From: Eledone cirrhosa
Lineage: Eukaryota
Assembly: GCA_964016885.1 (NCBI GenBank)
Contig: OZ024754.1
Coordinates: 19,964,001-20,028,000 of the forward strand
Length of the DNA: 64,000 bases
Direction of reading: 5' to 3'
Positions 31,001 to 44,200 of the stretch are shown here, in pieces. The notes beneath the pieces were generated by a model that was given only the letters and a program-made list of their open reading frames with translations, had not been told where the DNA came from and did no database searches. Made by a program: the position numbers and the translations under genes. The first letter of the stretch is position 1; every line of letters begins with the position of its first letter.

Positions 31001-34000
31001 CACAGATTCAGAGCAGGTCACTTGCCAGACACGTACCACTGTGGCTAAAATGACTCTTCCATGATATAGTTACTTTAGTTTCAACACAGTTTCACATTAA
31101 GTCACTTGCCAAACATGTACAACTGTGGCTAAAATGACTCTTCCATGATATAGTTACTTTAGTTTCAACACAGTTTCACATTAAGTCACTTGCCAAACAT
31201 GTACAACTGTGGCTAAAATGACTCTTCCATGATATAGTTACTTTAGTTTCAACACAATCTCAGATCAAGTCACTTGCCAGACATGTACAACTGTGGCTAA
31301 AATGACTCTTCCATGATATAGTTACTTTAGTTTCAACACAGTTTCACATTAAGTCACTTGCCAGACATGTACAACTGTGGCTCAAATGAATCTTCCATGA
31401 TATAGTTACTTTAGTTTCAACACAATCTCAGATCAAGTCACTTGCCAGACATGTACAACTGTGGCTAAAATGACACTTCCATGATATAGTTACTTTAGTT
31501 TCAACACAATCTCAAATCCTGTCACTTGCGAGACATGTACAACTGTGGCTAAAATGACTCTTCCATGATATAGTTACTTTAGTTTCAACACGGTCTCAGA
31601 TCAAGTCACTTGCCAGACATGTACAACTGTAGCTAAAATGACACTTCCATGATATAGTTACTTTGGTTTCAACACAGTCTCAGATCAACTCACTTGCCAG
31701 ACATGTACAACTGTGGCTAAAATCGCTCTTCCATGATATAGTTACTTTAGTTTCAACATAATCTCAGATCAAGTCACTTGCCAGACATGTACAACTGTGG
31801 CTGAAATGACTCTTCCTTGGTATAGTTACTTTAGTTTCAACACAATCTCAGATCCTGTCACTTGCGAGACATGTACAACTGTGGCTAAAATGACTCTTCC
31901 ATGATATAGTTACTTTAGTTTCAACACGGTCTTAGATCAATTCACTTGCAAGACTGTGGCTAAAATGACTCTTCCATGATATAGTTACTTTAGTTTTCAA
32001 ACAGTCTCAGATCAAGTCACTTGCTAGACATGTATAATTGTGGCTAAAATGACTCTTCCATGATATAGTTACTTTAGTTTCAACACAGTTTCAGATCAGG
32101 TCACTTGCCAGACACGTACCACTGTGGCTAAAATGACTCTTCCATGATATAGTTACTTTAGTTTCAACACAGTCTCAGATCAAGTCACTTGCCAGACATG
32201 TATAACTGTGGCTAAAATGACTCTTCCATGATATAGTTACTTTAGTTTCAACACGGTCTCAGATCAAGTCACTTGCCAGACATGTACAACTGTGGCTAAA
32301 ATGACTCTTCCATTATATAGTTACTTTAGTTTCAACACAGTCACAGATCAGGTCACTTGCCAGACATGTACAACTGTGGCTAAAATGACACTTCCATGAT
32401 ATAGTTACTTTAGTTTCAACACAATCTCAGATCCTGTCACTTGCGAGACATGTACAACTGTGGCTAAAATGACTCTTCCATGATATAGTTACTTTAGTTT
32501 CAACACGGTCTCAGATCAAGTCACTTGCCAGACATGTACAATTGTGGCTAAAATGACACTTCCATGATATAGTTACTTTAGTTTCAACACAGTCTCAGAT
32601 CAACTCACCTGCCAGTCATGTACAACTGTGGCTAAAATCGCTCTTCCATGATATAGTTACTTTAGTTTCAACATAATCTCAGATCAAGTCACTTGCCAGA
32701 CATGTACAACTGTGGCTAAAATGACTCTTCCTTGGTATAGTTACTTTAGTTTCAACACAATCTCAGATCAAGTCACTTGCCAGACATGTACAACTATGGC
32801 TAAAATGACTCTTCCATGATATAGTTACTTTAGTTTCAACACAATCTCAGATCAAGTCACTTGCCTGACATGTACAACTGTGACTAAAATGACTCTTCCA
32901 TGATATAGTTACTTTAGTTTCAACACAGTCACACATCAAGTCACTTGCCAGACATGTACAACTATGGCTCAAATGACTCTTCCATGATATAGTTACTTTA
33001 GTTTTCTAACAGTCTCAGATCAAGTCACTTGCTAGACATGTATAACTGTGGCTAAAATTACTCTTCCATGATATAGTTACTTTGGTTTCAACACAGTCTC
33101 AGATCAACTCACTTGCCAGACATGTACAACTGTGGCTAAAATCGCTCTTCCATGATATAGTTACTTTAGTTTCAACACAATCTCAGATCAAGTCACTTGC
33201 CAGACATGTACAACTGTGGCTAAAATGACTCTTCCTTGGTATAGTTACTTTAGTTTCAACACAATCTCAGATCCTGTCACTTGCGAGACATGTACAACTG
33301 TGGCTAAAATGACTCTTCCATGATATAGTTACTTTAGTTTTCAAACAGTCACAGATCAAGTAACTTGCGAGACATGTATAACTGTGGCTAAAATTACTCT
33401 TCCATGATCTAGTTACTTTAGTTTCAACACAGTCTCAGATCAGGTCACTTGCCATACACGTACCACTGTGGCTAAAATGTCTCTTCCGTGATATAGTTAC
33501 TTTAGTTTCAACACAGTCACAGATCAAGTCACTTGCCAGGCATGTACAACTGTGGCTAAAATGACTCTTCCATGATATAGTTACTTTAGTTTCAACACAA
33601 TCTCAGATCCAGTCACTTGCGGGACATGTACAACTGTGGCTAAAATGACTCTTCCATGGTATAGTTACTTTAGTTTCAACACGGTCTTAGATCAAGTCAC
33701 TTGCCAGACTGTGGCTATAATGACTCTTCCATGATATAGTTAATTTAGTTTTCAAACAGTCTCAGATCAAGTCACTTGCTAGACATGTATAACTGTGGCT
33801 AAAATGACTCTTCCATGATATAGTTACTTTAGTTTTCAAACAGTCTCAGATCAAGTCACTTACCAGACATGTACAACTGTGGCTAAAATGTCTCTTCCAT
33901 GATATAGTTAATTTAGTTTCAACACAATCTCAGATCCTGTCACTTGCGAGACATGTACAACTGTGGCTAAAATGACTCTTCCATGATATAATTACTTTAG

Positions 34001-36500
34001 TTTCAACACGGTCTTAGATCAATTCATTTGCAAGACTGTGGCTAAAATGACTCTTCCATGATATAGTTACTTTAGTTTTCAAACAGTCTCAGATCAAGTC
34101 ACTTGCTAGACATGTATAATTGTGGCTAAAATGACTCTTCCATGATATAGTTACTTTAGTTTCAACACAGTTTCAGATCAGGTCACTTGCCAGACACGTA
34201 CCACTGTGGCTAAAATGACTCTTCCATGATATAGTTACTTTAGTTTCAACACAGTCTCAGATCAAGTCACTTGCCAGACATGTATAACTGTGGCTAAAAT
34301 GACTCTTCCATGATATAGTTACTTTAGTTTCAACACGGTCTCAGATCAAGTCACTTGCCAGACATGTACAACTGTGGCTAAAATGACTCTTCCATGATAT
34401 AGTTACTTTAGTTTCAACACAGTCACAGATCAGGTCACTTGCCAGACATGTACAACTGTGGCTAAAATGACACTTCCATGATATAGTTACTTTAGTTTCA
34501 ACACAATCTCAGATCCTGTCACTTGTGAGACATGTACAACTGTGGCTAAAATGACTCTTCCATGATATAGTTACTTTAGTTTCAACACGGTCTCAGATCA
34601 AGTCACTTGCCAGACATGTACAATTGTGGCTAAAATGACACTTCCATGATATAGTTACTTTAGTTTCAACACAGTCTCAGATCAACTCACCTGCCAGTCA
34701 TGTACAACTGTGGCTAAAATCGCTCTTCCATGATATAGTTACTTTAGTTTCAACATAATCTCAGATCAAGTCACTTGCCAGACATGTACAACTGTGGCTA
34801 AAATGACTCTTCCTTGGTATAGTTACTTTAGTTTCAACACAATCTCAGATCAAGTCACTTGCCAGACATTTACAACTATGGCTAAAATGACTCTTCCATG
34901 ATATAGTTACTTTAGTTTCAACACAATCTCAGATCAAGTCACTTGCCAGACATGTACAACTATGGCTCAAATGACTCTTCCATGATATAGTTACTTTAGT
35001 TTTCTAACAGGCTCAGATCAAGTCACTTGCTAGACATGTATAACTGTGGCTAAAATTACTCTTCCATGATATAGTTACTTTGGTTTCAACACCGTCTCAG
35101 ATCAACTCACTTGCCAGACATGTACAACTGTGGCTAAAATCGCTCTTCCATGATATAGTTACTTTAGTTTCAACACAATCTCAGATCAAGTCACTTGCCA
35201 GACATGTACAACTGTGGCTAAAATGACTCTTCCTTGGTATAGTTACTTTAGTTTCAACACAATCTCAGATCAAGTCACTTGCCAGACATGTACAACTGTG
35301 GCTACAATGACTCTTCCATGATATAGTTACTTTAGTTTCAACACAGTCACAGATCAAGTCACTTGCCAGACATGTACAACTGTGGCTAGAATGACTCTTC
35401 CATGATATAGTTACTTTAGATTCAACACAGTCACAGATCAAGTCACTTGCCAGATATGTACAACTGTGGCTAACATGACGCTTCCATGATATAGTTACTT
35501 TAGTTTCAACACAATCTCAGATCAAGTTACTTGCCTGACATGTGCAACTATGGCTAAAGTGACTCTTCCATGACTTAGTTACTTTAGTTTCAACATAGTC
35601 ACAGATCAAGTCACTTGCCAGACATGTACAACTGTGGCTAAAATGACTCTTCCATGACATAGTTACTTTAGTTTCAACACAGTTTCAGATCAGGTCACTT
35701 GCCAGACACGTACCACTGTGGCTAAAATGACTCTTCCATGATATAGTTACTTTAGTTTCAACACAGTTTCACATTAAGTCACTTGCCAAACATGTACAAC
35801 TGTGGCTAAAATGACTCTTCCATGATATAGTTACTTTAGTTTCAACACAGTTTCACATTAAGTCACTTGCCAAACATGTACAACTGTGGCTAAAATGACT
35901 CTTCCATGATATAGTTACTTTAGTTTCAACACAATCTCAGATCAAGTCACTTGCCAGACATGTACAACTGTGGGTAAAATGACTCTTCCATGATATAGTT
36001 ACTTTAGTTTCAACACAGTTTCACATTAAGTCACTTGCCAGACATGTACAACTGTGGCTCAAATGAATCTTCCATGATATAGTTACTTTAGTTTCAACAC
36101 AATCTCAGATCCTGTCACTTGCAGGACATGTACAACTGTGGCTAAAATGACACTTCCATGATATAGTTACTTTAGTTTCAACACAATCTCAAATCCTGTC
36201 ACTTGCGAGACATGTACAACTGTGGCTAAAATGACTCTTCCATGATATAGTTACTTTAGTTTCAACACGGTCTCAGATCAAGTCACTTGCCAGACATGTA
36301 CAACTGTGGCTAAAATGACACTTCCATGATATAGTTACTTTGATTTCAACACAGTCTCAGATCAACTCACTTGCCAGACATGTACAACTGTGGCTAAAAT
36401 CGCTCTTCCATGATATAGTTACTTTAGTTTCAACATAATCTCAGATCAAGTCACTTGCCAGACATGTACAACTGTGGCTGAAATGACTCTTCCTTGGTAT
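19000..36500. repeat. Satellite layer B: large HORs of 57, 58 and 44 monomers
   Basis: Marker GATCTAGTT at 20139, 24900, 29736 and 33406 gives spacings of 4761 (57x84-27), 4836 (58x84-36) and 3670 (44x84-27+1). CTTGCAGGAC at 22851 and 27612 is also 4761 apart. Confidence 0.88.
19040..20700. repeat. Tandem duplication of a 10-monomer block (831 bp)
   Basis: GATCTAGTT at 19308 and 20139; GTCAGTTGCCAGGC and CTTGCGGGAC are each also repeated at an 831-bp offset (10x84-9). Confidence 0.85.
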
Positions 36501-38299
36501 AGTTACTTTAGTTTCAACACAATCTCAGATCAAGTCACTTGCCAGACATGTACAACTGTGGCTAAAATGACTCTTCCATGATATAGTTACTTTAGTTTCA
36601 ACACAGTTTCGGATCAAGTCACTTGCCAGACATGTACAACTGTGGCTAAAATGACTCTTCCATGATATAGTTACTTTAGTTTCAACACAGTCTCAGATCA
36701 AGTCACTTGTCATACATGTACAACTGTGGCTAAAATGACTCTTCCATGATATAGTTACTTTAGTTTCAACACAATCTCAGATCAAGTCACTTGCCAGACA
36801 TGTACAACTATGGCTCAAATGACTCTTCCTAATATAGTTACTTTAGTTTTCTAACAGTCTCAGATCAAGTCACTTGCAAGACATGTATAACTGTGGCTAA
36901 AATTACTCTTCCATGATATAGTTACTTTGGTTTCAACACAGTCTCAGATCAACTCACTTGCCAGACATGTACAACTGTGGCTAAAATCGCTCTTCCATGA
37001 TATAGTTACTTTAGTTTCAACACAGTCACAGATCAGGTCACTTGCCAGCCATGTACAACTATGGCTAAAGTGTCTCTTCCATGATATAGTTACTTTAGTT
37101 TCAACACAATCTCAGATCAAGTCACTTGCCAGACATGTACATCTGTGACTAAAATGACTCTTCCATGATATAGTTACTTTAGTTTCAACACAATCTCAGA
37201 TCAAGTCACTTGCCAGACATGTACAACTGTGACTAACATGACTCTTCCATGATATAGTTACTTTAGTTTCAACACAGTCACAGATCAAATCACTTGCCAG
37301 ACATGTACAACTATGGCTCAAATGACTCTTCCATGATATAGTTACTTTAGTTTCAACACAGTTTCACATCAAGTCTCTTGCCAGACATGTACAACTGTGG
37401 CTAAAATGACTCTTCCATGATATAGTTACTTTAGTTTCAACACGGTCTTAGATCACGTCACTTGCCAGACATGTACAACTGTGACTAAAATGACTCTTCC
37501 ATGATATAGTTACTTTAGTTTCAACACCGTTTCACATCAAGTCTCTTGCCCGACATGTACAACTGTGGCTAAAATGACTCTTCCATGATATAGTTACTTT
37601 AGTTTCAACACCGTTTCACATCAAGTCTCTTGCCAGACATGTACAACTGTGACTAAAATGACTCTTCCATGATATAGTTACTTTAGTTTCAACACAGTTT
37701 CACATCAAGTCTCTTGCCAGACATGTACAAATGTGGCTAAAATGACTCTTCCATGATATAGTTACTTTAGTTTCAACACAATCTCAGATCCTGTCACTTG
37801 CGAGACATGTACAACTGTGGCTAAAATGACTCTTCCATGATATAGTCACTTTAGTTTCAACACAGTCACAGATCATGTCACTTGCCAGACATGTACAACT
37901 ATGGCTAAGGTGACTCTTCCATGACTTAGTTACTTTAGTTTCAACATAGTCACAGATCAAGTCACTTGCCAGACATGTACAACTGTGGCTAAAATGACTC
38001 TTCCTTGGTATAGTTACTTTAGTTTCAACACAATCTCAGATCAAGTCACTTGCCAGACATGTACAACTGTGGCTAAAATGTCTCTTCCATGATATAGTTA
38101 CTTTAGTTTCAACACAGTCACAGATCAAGTCACTTGCCAGACATGTACAACTATGGCTAAAATGACTCTTCCATGATATAGTTACTTTAGTTTCAACACA
38201 ATCTCAGATCAAGTCACTTGCCAGACATGTACAACTGTAACTAAAATGACTCTTCCATGATATAGTTACTTTAGTTTCAACACAATCTCAGATCAAGTC

Positions 38300-41200
38300 A
38301 CTTGCCAAACATGTACAACTGTGGCTAAAATGACTCTTCCATGATATAGTTACTTTAGTTTTCAAACAGTCTCAGATCAAGTCACTTGCTAGACATGTAC
38401 AACTGTGGCTAGAATGACTCTTCCATGATAAAGTTACGTTAGTTTCAACACAGTTTCAGATCAGGTCACTTGCCAGACACGTACCACTGTGGCTAAAATG
38501 ACTCTTCCATGATATAGTTACTTTAGTTGCAACACAATCTCAGATCATGTCATGTACAACTGTGACTAACATAACACTTCCATGATATAGTTACTTTAGT
38601 TTCAACACAGTCACAGATCAAGTCACTTGCCAGACATGTACAACTGTGACTAAAATGACTCTTCCATGATATAGTTACTTTAGTTTCAACACAATCTCAG
38701 ATCCTGTCACTTGCGAGACATTTACAACTGTGGCTAAAATGACTCTTCCATGATATAGTTGCTTTAGTTTCAACACATTCTTAGATCAAGTCACTTGCAA
38801 GACTGTGGCTAAAATGACTCTTCCATGATATAGTTACTTTAGTTTTCAAACAGTCTCAGATCAAGTCACTTGCTAGACATGTACAACTGTGGCTATAATG
38901 ACTCTTCCATGATATAGTTACTTTAGTTTTAACACAGTTTCAGATCAGGTCACTTGCCAGACACGTACCACTGTGGCTAAAATGACTCTTCCATGATATA
39001 GTTACTTTAGTTTCAACACAGTTTCACATCAAGTCACTTGCCAGACATGTACAACTGTGGCTAAAATGACTCTTCCATGATAAAGTTACTTTAGTTTCAA
39101 CACAGTTTCAGATCAGGTCACTTGCCAGACACGTACCACTGTGGCTAAAGTGACTCTTCCATGATATAGTTACTTTAGTTTCAACACAATCTCAGATCAA
39201 GTCACTTGCCAGACATGTACAACTGTGACTAAAATGACTCTTCCAGGACATAGTTACTTTAGTTTCAACATAGTCACAGATCAAGTCACTTGCCAGACAT
39301 GTACAACTGTGGCTAAAATGACTCTTCCATGATATAGTTACTTTAGTTTCAACACAGTCACAAAATCAAGTCACTTGCCAGACATGTACAACTGTGACTA
39401 AAATGACTCTTCCATGATATAGTTACTTTAGTTTCAACACAATCTCAGATCCTGTCACTTGCGAGACATTTACAACTGTGGCTAAAATGACTCTTCCATG
39501 ATATAGTTACTTTAGTTTCAACACAGTCTTAGATCAAGTCACTTGCAAGACTGTGGCTAAAATGACTCTTCCATGATATAGTTACTTTAGTTTTCAAACA
39601 GTCTCAGATCAAGTCACTTGCTAGACATGTACAACTGTGGCTATAATGAGTCTTCCATGATATAGTTACTTTAGTTTTAACACAGTTTCAGATCAGGTCA
39701 CTTGCCAGACACGTACCACTGTGGCTAAAATGACTCTTCCATGATATAGTTACTTTAGTTTCAACACAGTTTCACATCAAGTCACTTGCCAGACATGTAC
39801 AACTGTGGCTAAAATGACTCTTCCATGATAAAGTTACTTTAGTTTCAACACAGTTTCAGATCAGGTCACTTGCCAAACATGAACAACTGTGGCTAAAATG
39901 ACTCTTCCATGATATAGTTACTTTAGTTTCAACACAATCTCAGATCAAGTCACTTGCCAGACATGTACATCTGTGACTAAAATGACTCTTCCATGATATA
40001 GTTACTTTAGTTTCAACACAGTCACAGATCAAGTCACTTGCCAAACATGAACAACTGTGGCTAAAATGACTCTTCCATGATATAGTTACTTTAGTTTTCA
40101 AACAGTCTCAGATCAAGTCACTTGCTAGACATGTTCAACTGTGGCTAAAATGACTCTTCCATGATATAGTTACTTTAGTTTCAACACAGTTTCAGATCAG
40201 GTCACTTGCCAGACACGTACCACTGTGGCTAAAATGACTCTTCCATGATATAGTTACTTTAGTTTCAACACAGTTTCAGATCAGGTCACTTGCCAGACAC
40301 GTACCACTGTGGCTAAAATGACTCTTCCATGATATAGTTACTTTAGTTTCAACAGAGTCACAGATCAAGTCACTTGCCAGACATGTACAACTATGGCTAA
40401 AATGACTCTTCCATGATATAGTTACTTTAGTTTCAACACAATCTCAGATCAAGTCACTTGCCAGACATGTACAACTGTAACCAAAATGACTCTTCCATGA
40501 TATAGTTACTTTAGTTTCAACACAATCTCAGATCAAGTCATGTACAACTGTGACTAACATAACTCTTCCATGATATAGTTACTTTAGTTTCAACACAGTC
40601 TCAGATCAAGTCACTTGTCAGACATGTACAACTGTGGCTAAAATGACTCTTCCATGATATAGTTACTTTAGTTTCAACACAATCTCAGATCAAGTCACTT
40701 GCCAGACATGTACAACTATGACTAAAATGACTCTTCTAGGACATAGTTACTTTAGTTTCAACATAGTCACCGATCAAGTCACTTGCCAGACATGTACAAC
40801 TGTGGCTAAAATGACTCTTCCATGATATAGATACTTTAGCTTCAACACAGTTTCAGATCAGGTCACTTGCCAAACATGAACAACTGTGGCTAAAATGACT
40901 CTTCCATGATATAGTTACTTTAGTTTCAACACAATCTCAGATCAAGTCACTTGCCAGACATGTACATCTGTGACTAAAATGACTCTTCCATGATATAGTT
41001 ACTTTAGTTTCAACACAGTCACAGATCAAGTCACTTGCCAGACATGTACAACTGTGACTATAATGACTCTTCCATGATATAGTTACTTTAGTTTCAACAC
41101 AATCTCAGATCCTGTCACTTGCGAGACATTTACAACTGTGGCTAAAATGACTCTTCCATGATATAGTTACTTTAGTTTCAACACAGTCTTAGATCAAGTC

Positions 41201-44200
41201 ACTTGCAAGACTGTGGCTAAAATGACTCTTCCATGATATAGTTACTTTAGTTTTCAAACAGTCTCCGATCAAGTCACTTGCTAGACATGTACAACTGTGG
41301 CTATAATGACTCTTCCATGATATAGTTACTTTAGTTTTAACACAGTTTCAGATCAGGTCACTTGCCAGACACGTACCACTGTGGCTAAAATGACTCTTCC
41401 ATGATATAGTTACTTTAGTTTCAACACAGTTTCACATCAAGTCACTTGCCAGACATGTACAACTGTGGCTAAAATGACTCTTCCATGATATAGTTACTTT
41501 AGTTTCAACACAGTTTCAGATCAGGTCACTTGCCAAACATGAACAACTGTGGCTAAAATGACTCTTCCATGACATAGTTACTTTAGTTTCAACACAATCT
41601 CAGATCAAGTCACTTGCCAGACATGTACATCTGTGACTAAAATGACTCTTCCATGATATAGTTACTTTAGTTTTCAAACAGTCTCAGATCAAGTCACTTG
41701 CTAGACATGTTCAACTGTGGCTAAAATGACTCTTCCATGATATAGTTACTTTAGTTTCAACACAGTTTCAGATCAGGTCACTTGCCAGACACGTACCACT
41801 GTGGCTAAAATGACTCTTCCATGATATAGTTACTTTAGTTTCAACACAGTTTCAGATCAGGTCACTTGCCAGACACGTACCACTGTGGCTAAAATGACTC
41901 TTCCATGATATAGTTACTTTAGTTTCAACACAGTTTCAGATCAAGTCACTTGCCAGATATGTACAACTGTGGCTAAAATGACTCTTCCATGATATAGTTA
42001 CTTTAGTTTCAACACAATCTCAGATCAAGTCACTTGCCAGACATGTACAACTGTGACTAAAATGACTCTTCCATGATATAGTTACTTTAGTTTCAACACA
42101 ATCTCAGATCAAGTCACTTGCCAGACATGTACAACTGTAACTAAAATGACTCTTCCATGATATAGTTACTTTAGTTTCAACACAATCTCAGATCAAGTCA
42201 CTTGCCAAACATGTACAACTGTGGCTAAAATGACTCTTCCATGATATAGTTACTTTAGTTTCAACACAATCTCAGATCAAGTCATGTACAACTGTGACTA
42301 ACATAACTCTTCCATGATATAGTTACTTTAGTTTCAACACAGTCTCAGATCAAGTCACTTGTCAGACATGTACAACTGTGGCTAAAATGACTCTTCCATG
42401 ATATAGTTACTTTAGTTTCAACACAATCTCAGATCAAGTCACTTGCCAGACATGTACAACTATGACTAAAATGACTCTTCCAGGACATAGTTACTTTAGT
42501 TTCAACATAGTCACCGATCAAGTCACTTGCCAGACATGTACAACTGTGGCTAAAATGACTCTTCCATGATATAGATACTTTAGCTTCAACACAGTTTCAG
42601 ATCAGGTCACTTGCCAAACATGAACAACTGTGGCTAAAATGACTCTTCCATGATATAGTTACTTTAGTTTCAACACAATCTCAGATCAAGTCACTTGCCA
42701 GACATGTACATCTGTGACTAAAATGACTCTTCCATGATATAGTTACTTTAGTTTCAACACAGTCACAGATCAAGTCACTTGCCAGACATGTACAACTGTG
42801 ACTAAAATGACTCTTCCATGATATAGTTACTTTAGTTTCAACACAATCTCAGATCCTGTCACTTGCGAGACATTTACAACTGTGGCTAAAATGACTCTTC
42901 CATGATATAGTTACTTTAGTTTCAACACAGTCTTAGATCAAGTCACTTGCAAGACTGTGGCTAAAATGACTCTTCCATGATATAGTTACTTTAGTTTTCA
43001 AACAGTCTCCGATCAAGTCACTTGCTAGACATGTACAACTGTGGCTATAATGACTCTTCCATGATATAGTTACTTTAGTTTTAACACAGTTTCAGATCAG
43101 GTCACTTGCCAGACACGTACCACTGTGGCTAAAATGACTCTTCCATGATATAGTTACTTTAGTTTCAACACAGTTTCACATCAAGTCACTTGCCAGACAT
43201 GTACAACTGTGGCTAAAATGACTCTTCCATGATATAGTTACTTTAGTTTCAACACAGTTTCAGATCAGGTCACTTGCCAAACATGAACAACTGTGGCTAA
43301 AATGACTCTTCCATGATATAGTTACTTTAGTTTCAACACAATCTCAGATCAAGTCACTTGCCAGACATGTACATCTGTGACTAAAATGACTCTTCCATGA
43401 TATAGTTACTTTAGTTTCAACACAGTCACAGATCAAGTCACTTGCCAAACATGAACAACTGTGGCTAAAATGACTCTTCCATGATATAGTTACTTTAGTT
43501 TTCAAACAGTATCAGTTCAAGTCACTTGCTAGACATGTTCAACTGTGGCTAAAATGACTCTTCCATGATATAGTTACTTTAGTTTCAACACAGTTTCAGA
43601 TCAAGTCACTTGCCAGATATGTACAACTGTGGCTAAAATGACTCTTCCATGATATAGTTACTTTAGTTTCAACACAATCTCAGATCAAGTCACTTGCCAG
43701 ACATGTACAACTGTGACTAAAATGACTCTTCCATGATATAGTTACTTTAGTTTCAACACAATCTCAGGTCAAGTCACTTGCCAAACATGTACAACTGTGG
43801 CTAAAATGACTCTTCCATGATATAGTTACTTTAGTTTCAACACAATCTCAGATCAAGTCACTTGCCAGACATGTACAACTGTGACTAAAATGACTCTTCC
43901 ATGATATAGTTACTTTAGTTTCAACACAGTCACAGATCAAATCACTTGCCAGACATGTACAACTATGGCTCAAATGACTCTTCCATGATATAGTTACTTT
44001 AGTTTCAACACAGTCTCAGATCAAGTCACTTGTCATACATGTACAACTGTGGCTAAAATGACTCTTCCATGATATATTTACTTTAGTTTCAACACAATCT
44101 CAGATCAAGTCATTTGCCAGACATGTACATCTATGACTAAAATGACTCTTCCAGGACATAGTTACTTTAGTTTCAACATAGTCACAGATCAAGTCACTTG

